40,648 bases of DNA. Origin: a virus. Shown here piece by piece: positions 25,195-33,729 of this stretch (position 1 is its first letter; every line of letters begins with the position of its first letter). The stretch covers positions 1 through 40,648 of IMG/VR virus record IMGVR_UViG_3300045988_025866. One strand, 5' to 3'. A model generated the notes under the pieces. It searched no databases. It was not told the origin of the DNA and was given only the letters and a program-made list of their open reading frames with translations. Made by a program: the position numbers and the translations under genes.

Positions 25195-25545
25195 TCACCC
25201 AACTTTCTTATGCTTTCTAAGTGTCAGAAAGTCGTAGCGGTTAAGCCCAAAGTTTTCGTTGGGACTGACACGCACAATATCATACTGAGTGCCGTTTAGG
25301 ACGGCCACTTGACCTTCAATCACTTTGGCATTATGGCGAATGACAATAACTCGTGTATCGCTTTCGCCATTTTGCTGGGCTAAATACTCTTGATTGAGTG
25401 TGCGAGTGTGGGGCTTGTAGTGCAATGTAAACTGTTTCACGAATTTCGGCACGCTTACACCCGTAAACTTATTAGGGGTGCTTTGGTATGTACCAAAATC
25501 AGCTTTGAAACGAAAGTCTGAGGGTAAATATCTAACTTTAGGCAT
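25195..25545 (-). CDS. Head closure / head-tail adaptor (SPP1 gp16-like)
   Basis: The segment DTRVIVIRHNAKVIEGQVAVLNGTQYDIVRVSP fits the Phage_H_T_join pattern. Synteny agrees. Confidence 0.7.
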   Translation of the reverse strand: MPKVRYLPSDFRFKADFGTYQSTPNKFTGVSVPKFVKQFTLHYKPHTRTLNQEYLAQQNGESDTRVIVIRHNAKVIEGQVAVLNGTQYDIVRVSPNENFGLNRYDFLTLRKHKKVG

Positions 25546-25859
25546 TAGTCACCTCTTTCTTCACTGTACGTTGCGTATAAGCCCCTTAATTGCCCGATTA
25601 TGCTATTTAAAGTGAGATTAATCGGATAAGTCACTGTGTCAGTCAAAGCGACTCTATAAGTGAAATACGAACTTGTGAGGGCTATTACAGCCGTGTCAAA
25701 CAAAGATTCCACACTGTCAAGGTCGTAGAATTTCGGGTCATTACCGACTGCATTGATAATGTACTGTTGAGCCGATTCAATGTAAGCTGGAATGAGTGCA
25801 GTGTCGTCTGTCTCATCCAGATTGAGGGTCTGCATGATAGTTTCCTTAGATACACTCAT
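25545..25859 (-). CDS. Head-tail connector (gp6-like, Phage_connect_1)
   Basis: N-terminus LNLDETDDTALIPAYIESAQQYIINAVG shows the typical motif. It lies directly after the capsid gene. Confidence 0.75.
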   Translation of the reverse strand: MSVSKETIMQTLNLDETDDTALIPAYIESAQQYIINAVGNDPKFYDLDSVESLFDTAVIALTSSYFTYRVALTDTVTYPINLTLNSIIGQLRGLYATYSEERGD

Positions 25860-25874
25860 TACTTACCTCCTAAA

Positions 25875-27068
25875 TTAAGCTCCCGCTGTAAGATTAGCCT
25901 TTTGGTCAGCAATGGCTTTGAATGACGCTGGCACAAACGCTTCTTCATCAGTTTTAACAACGTCGAAACGGTCAATAACGCGCACTTTAGTCGTATCAGT
26001 TTCAAACGCACCACCACCGATATTTGTTGAAAGTAGTGACAAGTGTTGGCGGTCAAAGAGTGTTACCGCTTGTTTCAAATCGCCAAAGTACAATGGCATA
26101 GCTCCACCAGTGCCATTAGCAAGCCAGCGGTCAGAAACTTCTTTAACTGCAAAACCATCGATTGAGTATCCAGTAGGTGATTTAACGTCACGCTCCATGA
26201 GGTAGTCACCCATAGCATTCTTAACTTTCTTAAGGGCAGTGAATCCAGAAGTGTTAGTCAAGAAGAATGAAGTTTGCTTAATCGCTGGGTCAACTTTAGC
26301 CTCAAGATCAATGATGTCATCCCATTTAGCCAATGTTGGTTTAGTTGGAAGTGTAGCAATCACATCCAAGATAGCTTTGTTTCGTGTTACTACGACTTTT
26401 TTCGCAATCCAACCAGACAACCATGCAAGGATGTTTTCAGCAGAATCAGCAAGCAAGCTGTTAGTTACTGTAGAAATACCAGCATAGCGTTTGATAGTGT
26501 AGCGGATAAGAGACAATTTAGGGTCATCATTAGCACCAATTTGTCCAGCTTCATCATCGATTTTAGAAAGGCCAGTGATTTCAGCCCATTTTTCGTAAAC
26601 ACGAGAACCAGTAAGAGTAGTTACGTTTTCAACGTTAACGTATTCTTGCAATGAGTCGTATTGACGAACCAAAGTATTGATAGCTGTACGAATATCTTGT
26701 GGGATAGTCAAGCCAGCGTCTGAGCCAGAAGCGTCTGTTTTAGAATCAAGCAAGTTTTGGTAACGACCACGAACAAGGTTTTTGAAGTCTGTAATAAAAG
26801 CGTCTTTGGCTTCTTCTTCAGTCTTAGTCAATGGTTGTTTTTCTTCCTCTGACATGTTAGCTACTTCGCTAGCACGAGCTTCAGTGTACTGTTCTTTGAA
26901 CATGTCACGTTTCATTTTAGCAGTGTCACGTTCGTTTTTGATAGCTTGCAATCCTTCAGCAGTAACTGAATCATCAAGCATAGCTACGTTAAGTTTTTCA
27001 TTCAAGTTTTCGACCTTGTCGCCTTGTGCAACCCAAAGGTCATGCAATTCATTTGATGTTTTCATCAA
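25875..27068 (-). CDS. Major capsid protein, HK97 fold, with N-terminal scaffold (delta) domain
   Basis: 397 aa. It has a coiled-coil N-terminus followed by a capsid body, and follows a ClpP-type prohead protease gene. Confidence 0.9.
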   Translation of the reverse strand: MMKTSNELHDLWVAQGDKVENLNEKLNVAMLDDSVTAEGLQAIKNERDTAKMKRDMFKEQYTEARASEVANMSEEEKQPLTKTEEEAKDAFITDFKNLVRGRYQNLLDSKTDASGSDAGLTIPQDIRTAINTLVRQYDSLQEYVNVENVTTLTGSRVYEKWAEITGLSKIDDEAGQIGANDDPKLSLIRYTIKRYAGISTVTNSLLADSAENILAWLSGWIAKKVVVTRNKAILDVIATLPTKPTLAKWDDIIDLEAKVDPAIKQTSFFLTNTSGFTALKKVKNAMGDYLMERDVKSPTGYSIDGFAVKEVSDRWLANGTGGAMPLYFGDLKQAVTLFDRQHLSLLSTNIGGGAFETDTTKVRVIDRFDVVKTDEEAFVPASFKAIADQKANLTAGA

Positions 27069-27079
27069 TCATCTTCCTT

Positions 27080-27748
27080 TCATTTTTCAAGTAAAACAGC
27101 CAATTTCTGCTCACGCAATGAATTGGTCTTAGGTGTCGCAATCATATTCTTAAATTTAGTGATTGCTGATTTGCTTGGTAGTTGATGTACGGCATTCGTA
27201 ACCATGATTTCTTCTTCATCGTTGTCGAAGAACATAATTTCATCCGCAAAGCCTTTATCAACGGCAGTTTTAGCATTAAGCCATGTTTCTTTAGCCATGA
27301 GGTCTAAAAGCTCTGGTTGTTTAAGGCCGGTTTTCATTTCATAAGCCAAAGCAATGGATTCATCAATGCTATTAAGTACCGCTGATTGATGCTCTAGGTC
27401 GTCGCTATTACCGACAATGCCAGTGGATGCCTTGTGAATCATGATATGTGCCGTTGGACTGATACGCACGGTATCACCAGCCATAGAAATGACGCTTGCA
27501 GCACTAGCAGCAAGCCCTTGCACGTTAACCACAATACGCTTGCCACTCGCCTTAAGCATTGTATAGATTTCGCTAGCTGCAAACACATCACCACCATTAG
27601 ACGCTATATTAAGCGTTATTTCTTCGTCTTCATCGTTAGCAATGGCATCTTGTACCAGTTTCGGATAGGTACTAGACATGCCAAAGTATTCGTAGAAAGC
27701 ACCAGCATCATCACTTACAATATCGCCTTTAATGTCAATCTTGCCCAT
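27080..27748 (-). CDS. ClpP-family (S14) prohead protease
   Basis: Motifs NGGDVFAASEIY, GLAASAASVISMAGD (Ser) and MIHKA (His). Confidence 0.88.
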   Translation of the reverse strand: MGKIDIKGDIVSDDAGAFYEYFGMSSTYPKLVQDAIANDEDEEITLNIASNGGDVFAASEIYTMLKASGKRIVVNVQGLAASAASVISMAGDTVRISPTAHIMIHKASTGIVGNSDDLEHQSAVLNSIDESIALAYEMKTGLKQPELLDLMAKETWLNAKTAVDKGFADEIMFFDNDEEEIMVTNAVHQLPSKSAITKFKNMIATPKTNSLREQKLAVLLEK

Positions 27749-28886
27749 TTATCTCACCTCCTTTCAATGTGGTTCGGTTAGGGTTTTTACCCTCTGGCAA
27801 CTCTTTAGGTAGAATTTCAGCTTGTTGCAAAATATACAAGCCTTGATTCTGTGCGAGCGTGCCACTTTTAACCATGCTATTGATACGGCTGATATAATTA
27901 GCACCAGTCGGGTCAACCGCTGGGAAAATATCCGCATCCACATCGCATGAAAGTTTTTGAGACAATTCACTAAGAAACGGTCTTAAGTAGCGTGCGACTG
28001 CTTTAGAGTACACATTTGAGCTCATTTCTAGTGATGATTGTTGGTCACCTTGCCCACCGACAACGTTCTCTGGGATACCGTAGACCTTTGCAAATTGTCC
28101 GGTCGTCCAGTCCGCTTGCTTAAGTAGTTGGGCCACGTTGGACTTGATTTCAAGAGGTGTGAAATCCTCTAAATCATCCAGTACCAACGGACCGCCTTGC
28201 ATTTGCTTCATCGCTTGTCGTGAGCGTGAGACCTTAGTCTTGAAATCGAGCAAGCCACCGCCTTTAATTTTTAAAATACCATTGGCGTTTAGGGCATTCT
28301 TAAGTGAGTTAAGCGTTAGCTTATCACTAGCTTTTTGAATATCCAATTCTCTACCTAGAGCCATCAACGGGCTTACGCTTGTCAAACCACCATCTACAGA
28401 TAGCAGTCTGAAGTGTAAGATGTCGCTTTGTGGTACGTGCTGTTTAGGCGGAATGCGTGGATCATCAAACGTGATGTTGTAATAAAGTCCATTCTGATTA
28501 TCCAATCGGTTGAAAGAGACTTGAGATGGTCTTAAATACTCCCACTTCATATCACGCCCGTTATCATTACGCCATCGATATGCAAAGGCTTCTCCGCCCA
28601 ATAGCATTTGAGCAAAGATAGATTGGTAAAAGTTAAAGCGATTTGCGTTGTTAGACGGGTTATCCACGATACCTTGCATTTGTTTTCGGCTAGTCGTTAG
28701 CTTAGCAGTCGCAAGGTCGTTAGATAACTGACTGATAATAGAGAATAGGTCCGAGTTTTTTAGAGCGGTTTCGGCTGATACCCACTCACTACCATTCAAG
28801 GTAGCTAAAAACTCTGGATCAGTGATATCAAAAAAGCCCCCTTGGTTGCTCGGTGGGCTTTCGGTTGCTAAATTAAATATCGGCAA
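27735..28886 (-). CDS. Portal protein, HK97 family
   Basis: 383 aa. TTG start after GAAAGGAGGTGA. It lies between the terminase and the protease. Confidence 0.88.
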   Translation of the reverse strand: MPIFNLATESPPSNQGGFFDITDPEFLATLNGSEWVSAETALKNSDLFSIISQLSNDLATAKLTTSRKQMQGIVDNPSNNANRFNFYQSIFAQMLLGGEAFAYRWRNDNGRDMKWEYLRPSQVSFNRLDNQNGLYYNITFDDPRIPPKQHVPQSDILHFRLLSVDGGLTSVSPLMALGRELDIQKASDKLTLNSLKNALNANGILKIKGGGLLDFKTKVSRSRQAMKQMQGGPLVLDDLEDFTPLEIKSNVAQLLKQADWTTGQFAKVYGIPENVVGGQGDQQSSLEMSSNVYSKAVARYLRPFLSELSQKLSCDVDADIFPAVDPTGANYISRINSMVKSGTLAQNQGLYILQQAEILPKELPEGKNPNRTTLKGGEINGQD

Positions 28887-28903
28887 TTATTATCACCTCC
28901 TTT

Positions 28904-29083
28904 CTAGCCTTTTTTAGCGGCTAGCTCACTAATCAACCCTGCTAGTACGAATGTAATGGTCATGCTAATGCCAAACCATACATATCCGAGGTTGTAAGTC
29001 GTTAAATTTAGCGAAATCGCAGCTAAAATGAACATAAGAATGTCAAAAATAGCCCAAATTGCCTTAAAAAACTTCAAAATCAT
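28904..29083 (-). CDS. Small two-TM membrane protein (59 aa), below the ORF-track cut-off
   Basis: ATG at 29083 follows AGAGGAG. Translation is MILKFFKAIWAIFDILMFILAAISLNLTTYNLGYVWFGISMTITFVLAGLISELAAKKG. Confidence 0.5.
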   Translation of the reverse strand: MILKFFKAIWAIFDILMFILAAISLNLTTYNLGYVWFGISMTITFVLAGLISELAAKKG

Positions 29084-29086
29084 GTA

Positions 29087-30274
29087 TTAATACTCCTCTA
29101 ATAGCCCACTATCTGGGTTTTTCAGCCAATTTAAAACGGCCTCTTGACTCATGTGTTCGACCTTCCACGTTGGGTTGTTAGTAATAGCGTAGTCTTCAAA
29201 CGCATACATACCATCATAAAATGCGTCGATAAGAGCGTCCACAACGTCGATTTTATAGGTCGATTTCATTTTATCGACTTGAATACCGATGTTATCCTCT
29301 TTAATCACCGCATTTATCAAGGCTTTTCGCATAATCTCATCATCAAGGCGAGTGATATTGCCTTCGATAAATAGCGTTTGAAGGAATTTTGTTGGATCTT
29401 TTAGTTCGCTTGTCCGCTGTCTAATCGGCATGAGTGGGAAACTAGTGTTAGATTCCAAAGCCTTGATAATCTTAGAGACTCCCATCGCATCGTAGCCAAA
29501 GAAAACCACATCAAGCTGATTATCTTCCACATACTCACAAAACCAACGGTACACTTCCTCTGGATTGATTAGTCCTTGTGGATGGCTTGTAATTGTACAA
29601 AAACCTTTTTTCTCAAGCTCACGATAATTGACGCCATCTTGTTTTTCTTTGGCTTCAAGTGAGCCTGCTTGTTGCCACGGAATGAAACTATGCTGTTCTA
29701 TATGCCATTTTTGGCTACCGTCTGCCCCTAGATAAGGATAGACAAAGCCAATTGCGGTGTTGTCGCTAAACATTGAGGCATCAAGCCCAACATAAGCACG
29801 TCTGCCACGTATATCAAAATCAGAAATGACCGAGCGCTCGATGTCTTCCAGCTTTAAGAAGCTGTTTTCATCTTGTTCGCCCCAAAGGTTCATATTCTTG
29901 ATTATAAAATCGTTGATATTTCCAGATAAAAGGTCAGCGTCTCTCTTATCCATAAGACCTTTTAAAAGCGTATCGTGTTCGCTTTCAAGGTCTAATAAGG
30001 GGTTCGACTTGCTCCATGTTTCAGGCATATAAATCTCATCTATGCTATCCTGCGACCAAACGAGGCACAATTGAGTATCACCAGCCCTGTCGTCACGCTC
30101 CATAATCCCTTGCATCATCCGTTCATCGTGTCTTAATGGCGAAGTGGGGTTTGGATAGGCAGTGGAAATTTGAATAAATTGTCGGTTTGGAATTTTAACC
30201 TGCCCAGAAACGATTTTAGAAATGCTCGTTCGGTCTTTCAAATCACCCGACTCATCCATAATCGCATTGGTCAA
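29087..30274 (-). CDS. terL: Terminase large subunit, C-terminal fragment (end of the ATPase plus the nuclease domain)
   Basis: It begins in the Walker B region (AIMDESGDLKD). It contains AYVGLDASMFSDNTA, an RNaseH-like nuclease Asp. There is no independent RBS, and the frame is -1 relative to the upstream fragment. Confidence 0.85.
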   Translation of the reverse strand: MTNAIMDESGDLKDRTSISKIVSGQVKIPNRQFIQISTAYPNPTSPLRHDERMMQGIMERDDRAGDTQLCLVWSQDSIDEIYMPETWSKSNPLLDLESEHDTLLKGLMDKRDADLLSGNINDFIIKNMNLWGEQDENSFLKLEDIERSVISDFDIRGRRAYVGLDASMFSDNTAIGFVYPYLGADGSQKWHIEQHSFIPWQQAGSLEAKEKQDGVNYRELEKKGFCTITSHPQGLINPEEVYRWFCEYVEDNQLDVVFFGYDAMGVSKIIKALESNTSFPLMPIRQRTSELKDPTKFLQTLFIEGNITRLDDEIMRKALINAVIKEDNIGIQVDKMKSTYKIDVVDALIDAFYDGMYAFEDYAITNNPTWKVEHMSQEAVLNWLKNPDSGLLEEY

Positions 30275-30960
30275 GTAAAGTGGAATCCATCATAGTTACC
30301 GCTTTCGGAAGATATAGCCCTTAAAACGTTGTTATTCGTTCTCATAATGACTTGTTCTGACTGGATAGATAAGTCCAACTCTTCAGCTAGAGACTTAAAA
30401 GGTTCTTTGGTGATTATCTGTTTAAGCATATTCTTAATATAGCCCATGAGCTTCATGGTCTGCTTAAAGTTGATTGAGCTTACCAAATAGTCTTGGTTAG
30501 ACAGTCCGAGGCTTTCAAAAAGGAATGAGAAGCACATAGAAATAGCTTGTATGTATGTTTTCCCTTGACTACGACCAACAGATACAATGACCTGTGAAAA
30601 ACGTTTGCCACCCGTTTCATTGCGCCAGCCAAAAGATTGACTAAGTAAAAATTCTTGCCACCCCATAAGTGCTGTAGGCTCACCAGTATCCACATTGGGA
30701 CAGATTTTAGCGAACTTCAAGACCTTGCCGGCTTCAGCTAAATCATAGTGGTAAGGAAAATCAGGCTTCCCTTGATGTCTTAAATCCCGCAAATGCCGTA
30801 AGCAAGCAAGTTGCATCATGTAACCAGCTTGTGTTTTCCCATTCATCACCTCAAAAGCGTATTTAGTCCCTGGGTCTTGATATTTTTCTCTAACTTCCGA
30901 AAAGTCGCTGTCTTGATATATCTTTGTTATTGTTTTATTCGTTATTTGTTTAGTTTCCAC
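30271..30960 (-). CDS. terL: Terminase large subunit, N-terminal fragment (Walker A ATPase)
   Basis: Probable GTG start at about 30960 after AGAAAGGGGGTGAT. Walker A is VGRSQGKT. The fragment ends ...SGNYDGFHFT-TGA at 30271. Confidence 0.85.
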   Translation of the reverse strand: METKQITNKTITKIYQDSDFSEVREKYQDPGTKYAFEVMNGKTQAGYMMQLACLRHLRDLRHQGKPDFPYHYDLAEAGKVLKFAKICPNVDTGEPTALMGWQEFLLSQSFGWRNETGGKRFSQVIVSVGRSQGKTYIQAISMCFSFLFESLGLSNQDYLVSSINFKQTMKLMGYIKNMLKQIITKEPFKSLAEELDLSIQSEQVIMRTNNNVLRAISSESGNYDGFHFT

Positions 30961-30981
30961 TTTTAAAATCACCCCCTTTCT

Positions 30982-31022
30982 AATAAAAAAATAAAAGAGA
31001 TGGGGAAATAAATTCCTCATCT
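30982..31022 (-). terminator. Terminator-like hairpin between terS and terL
   Basis: On the minus strand, AGATGAGGA-atttat-TCCCCATCT forms 9 bp with one A-C mismatch. It is followed by CTTTTATTTTTTT. Confidence 0.35.
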
Positions 31023-31024
31023 TT

Positions 31025-31486
31025 TTAATTATTTAAAAATTCCTGCATCATTTCAGTAGTTGATTTCTCTGGTTTGCTACTATCAGCAATCGTCAGCAAC
31101 TCTGCCCGACCTTTCGGCGTAAGACCTAGTTGCATGGCTATCTGATTCAGCGTAGTTGTTGCATCCTTCATCGTTGCAACCGCTGGATTCTTTTTAAAGC
31201 CAAGCGACTGCTCGCCTAAAATCTCACCGCTTCCCTGCGCCTGTACAAGCTTTTTGATTTCCTGCTGGATGCCGTTTAGCTTGATATCTTCATAAGCCAG
31301 CTTGTAAATTTCGTAGTTAGTGCAGTAGGATTCCACCAAGAATGTATCTATGCGCTCGACCTTGCCTGTTCCTTCTAAAAACGGAACGACTTTGCGCCAA
31401 ACCTCCCTAGCTACCTGTCCTAGATAGTTTGGTGGGTCACTCGGTAAACGCCCTTTATTTTGTTTATAAAATGGATTTTTAACCAA
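31025..31486 (-). CDS. terS: Terminase small subunit, P27 family
   Basis: TTG start at 31486 after GAAGGAGGTGAGG. The segment GRLPSDPPNYLGQVAREVWRKVVPFL...LGLTPKGRAEL fits the Terminase_4 pattern. Confidence 0.8.
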   Translation of the reverse strand: MVKNPFYKQNKGRLPSDPPNYLGQVAREVWRKVVPFLEGTGKVERIDTFLVESYCTNYEIYKLAYEDIKLNGIQQEIKKLVQAQGSGEILGEQSLGFKKNPAVATMKDATTTLNQIAMQLGLTPKGRAELLTIADSSKPEKSTTEMMQEFLNN

Positions 31487-31591
31487 GTTCGCCTCACCTC
31501 CTTCTAGTTCATTTTGACATCCTTTAAAAATCTGAAAAATTGGTCTGCGACATAAAAGAACACCTTGTGGTGGCTCTCCTTGGCACGAGAA

Positions 31592-31604
31592 GGGGGCGGG
31601 GGTC
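31592..31604. other. G/C-rich tract GGGGGCGGGGGTC, candidate cos cleavage region
   Basis: It is the only G/C-rich run in the 180-nt HNH-terS gap. HNH-dependent HK97-like terminases cut at a cos site located there. Confidence 0.35.
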
Positions 31605-31627
31605 AATTTTAAATCGTTCCGAGGGTT

Positions 31628-31636
31628 ATTATACCA
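31628..31636 (-). promoter_or_regulatory. Extended -10 box TGGTATAAT facing terS
   Basis: The minus strand reads aagggTGGTATAATaaccct, 142 nt upstream of the terS start. Confidence 0.4.
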
Positions 31637-31666
31637 CCCTTATTCTAAAATCGTGCTATGGGCTTA

Positions 31667-32185
31667 TTAGAGGGGTTTAACGACGTCCTCTTTTTTGCGG
31701 GCTATTAAATCGGCCCACGATGCCACGGAAAGTCGTAGTTCGGTGTTCTGTTTCGTTCTATTTTGACCAGTACCATAGATTTCTTGTTCCAAGGTACGTT
31801 TCGTATTATCGCAGCTTCTACACGTTGCTACCACGTTGGAAACTTCCGTCCTAAGTTCTGGAGCTATTTCGACGGGTGTTACGTGGTCGCCTATACGAGC
31901 GTCTGGTGTGGTCACACCCAAGGCAAGACAATACTGACATAGATAGTTGTCACGTTCTAACGCAATCTTACGAATAGATGACCAAGTCTTTGAGCGATAG
32001 AATGCGTAGCGTTCCTTACTCTCATCATCTCTGTTCCTTACTCGCTTGTTGTATCTTGTGCGTGAGTATCTCTCTCGCTCTGCTATGTATGCTGCTTCCA
32101 TACTGCTATGCTTACTACAGTAATGTAACGGTCTCTCTGTTAGAGCATGGCAGCCCTCTGCCCTGCATCGTCTGACCATCGGCAT
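31667..32185 (-). CDS. HNH endonuclease (terminase-associated)
   Basis: ATG at 32185 follows GAAAGGAGG. Cys-rich N-terminus. The HNH core is CQYCL...GDHVTPV...NVVATCRSCDNTK. It lies next to terS. Confidence 0.85.
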   Translation of the reverse strand: MPMVRRCRAEGCHALTERPLHYCSKHSSMEAAYIAERERYSRTRYNKRVRNRDDESKERYAFYRSKTWSSIRKIALERDNYLCQYCLALGVTTPDARIGDHVTPVEIAPELRTEVSNVVATCRSCDNTKRTLEQEIYGTGQNRTKQNTELRLSVASWADLIARKKEDVVKPL

Positions 32186-32209
32186 GGGTGTACCTCCTTT
32201 CAATCAGAT

Positions 32210-32241
32210 AAAACAAAAGAAGAACACTCCTGTGTCCTTCT
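32210..32241 (-). terminator. Intrinsic terminator between the late regulator and the packaging genes
   Basis: On the minus strand, AGAAGGACAC-agga-GTGTTCTTCT forms 10 bp with one G-U pair. It is followed by TTTGTTTT, only about 15 nt before the HNH RBS. Confidence 0.65.
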
Positions 32242-32309
32242 GATTCGATAATACTATATTACCACGTTGATAGTATGATGCACTATAGATTGGTATAGAC
32301 CGATGTAGA

Positions 32310-32708
32310 TTAGTCCAAATACTTCTCAGCTTGTCTTAACTTAACGTAGTATGTTGCCTTACTAAAGCCCATGCGGTCACATATCTGCCAGATATCTAGC
32401 TGGTCTATGTACACCATCTGGAGTAGGGAGCGTGCCTCTATATCCCCCACCTCTGCTATTTGACGGCGGAAGGCTCGCTTTTGCTTAATAGCTTCGACAA
32501 GGAAACGTTTCATTTCCTCCCGTTCCGTCATAAGTTCCACATAGACATCATCCTTGCCCTTGCGTTTCCCGCCTTGTACCATGTCAGCTTGCATAGCACC
32601 AGCCGTAACTTTAAGAGCTTGAGATTCTAAGCGTTTAATCTGTTCTGTCTGACTGTCAATGTACCTGTCTAATGCCTTAATCTTTTGCAGCCGTTCCACT
32701 GTTCTCAT
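32310..32708 (-). CDS. Sigma-70 region-4-like late transcription regulator (RinA / ArpU / DUF1492 type)
   Basis: The C-terminal HTH is ARSLLQMVYIDQLDIWQICDRMGFSKATYYVKLRQAEKYL. It lies immediately upstream of the packaging module. Confidence 0.65.
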   Translation of the reverse strand: MRTVERLQKIKALDRYIDSQTEQIKRLESQALKVTAGAMQADMVQGGKRKGKDDVYVELMTEREEMKRFLVEAIKQKRAFRRQIAEVGDIEARSLLQMVYIDQLDIWQICDRMGFSKATYYVKLRQAEKYLD

Positions 32709-32983
32709 AAATTACATTCCTTTATGGTATAATATTATTAATAGCGTTTGAACAGTCCTGGGCATTAGTCTGGGTCTTTTTTGTTTACAAGAATAAAGAA
32801 GGATTAAGTTATCACCTCCCATGCGTTAGATTTAGTCTTGCCACCAGTAATGCAGAGACTAGGGTGAAAAGAAATCAAAAAGGATTCCTCGATTCTAATT
32901 ATTTATTTACTGGGTTTGTTGAGCAAGGTCTGTCAGCTTGCTCGATGTTGAAAAAGTGTCTCTTGGATAGTGTGACAGACTAA

Positions 32984-33023
32984 CAGCCAGTGACGGAATC
33001 GAACCATCTGAACCGTTCTGGCT
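32984..33023 (-). other. tRNA-like minihelix (acceptor stem plus T-arm only), or a tRNA gene remnant
   Basis: The minus strand reads AGCCAG-aacggttca-GATGG-TTCGATT-CCGTC-a-CTGGCT-g. This gives a canonical T-loop GGTTCGATTCC, a 5-bp T-stem and a 6-bp acceptor-like stem. No D-arm or anticodon arm is present. Confidence 0.3.
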
Positions 33024-33729
33024 ACAAACCCATTGCCAATGCCGTGTATAGAGCATGTTTAACGCTGGGTTTCTTACGACCTAATTCGCCTTTAGTGCGA
33101 TATTTGAGAACAATACGATCAATTTCATCGTCTAGTTTTTCAGGCCATTCGTAATTATTTAAGACATATTTGGCAATCTTGCTGAATAGGTCTCTGGAAA
33201 ATAGCCCTTCCATTTGAATGACCTTGAGTGGCGTTAGAACGATACACTCGACATAGCATCGATTGATTGAGTCTTTGATTCTATTAGCTTCTTTCTTATC
33301 GCAGCCTTTAACGTCCATGATGTATTTAGCCATGCTGTTCTTATGAAGGTTGCGTAGTTCTTTCACTTCACCTTGAAATTGCTTAAACAATTCCTCTGGC
33401 AATCCCGCATTAGTGGTATCTACGATTGGTCGAGTGACCTTGCCTCTTGTGTAATTCTTGGCCAGATAATCTTGAAGGTCGTTGAATAATTCATCAGAAA
33501 TAATTCCTTTTAGCTTTTCTGCAGTGTTGGGAGTCATTTTCCAACGCTCAACGACTACATTGTTAAATGCTTGATAAGCAAGACGGGCTTGTAAATCGTC
33601 GCACTGTCTCACCTTTTGGAAAAACTGCTTATAATCTCTCGGATGTGCCTCTTTAAGAGCTGCATGCTCACTGACTAACCTCTGATGAAGTTCTTTGGTC
33701 AGTCCGGAATATTTGTACTTCACGTTCAT
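33022..33729 (-). CDS. Hypothetical protein (235 aa) built from two tandem ~105-aa repeats
   Basis: ATG at 33729 follows GAGAGGTGG and forms an ATGA overlap with the upstream stop. The halves LTKELHQRL...CDDLQARL...TP...GIISDELFNDLQDYLAKNY and LPEELFKQF...CDKKEANRI...TP...GLFSRDLFSKIAKYVLNNY align. Confidence 0.7.
   Translation of the reverse strand: MNVKYKYSGLTKELHQRLVSEHAALKEAHPRDYKQFFQKVRQCDDLQARLAYQAFNNVVVERWKMTPNTAEKLKGIISDELFNDLQDYLAKNYTRGKVTRPIVDTTNAGLPEELFKQFQGEVKELRNLHKNSMAKYIMDVKGCDKKEANRIKDSINRCYVECIVLTPLKVIQMEGLFSRDLFSKIAKYVLNNYEWPEKLDDEIDRIVLKYRTKGELGRKKPSVKHALYTALAMGL

Noticed and set aside
25859-26654. ORFs 25859-26056 (-), 25912-26205 (+), 26239-26487 (+) and 26274-26654 (+).
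   Set aside because: They lie within or antisense to the major capsid gene and lack independent signals.
32740-32785. A plus-strand sRNA ending at the T-run 32776-32782, downstream of TGGTATAAT at 32725-32733.
   Set aside because: I could not find a stem preceding the T-run; CCTGGG and CTGGG are direct repeats, not inverted ones. Only the promoter-like box is reported.
32984-33060. A complete tRNA gene on the minus strand, suggested by GGTTCGATTCC.
   Set aside because: No 5' acceptor strand lies about 72 nt upstream, and there are no D-arm or anticodon arm. Only the T-arm and a 6-bp acceptor-like stem are present, so it is kept only as a tRNA-like fragment.
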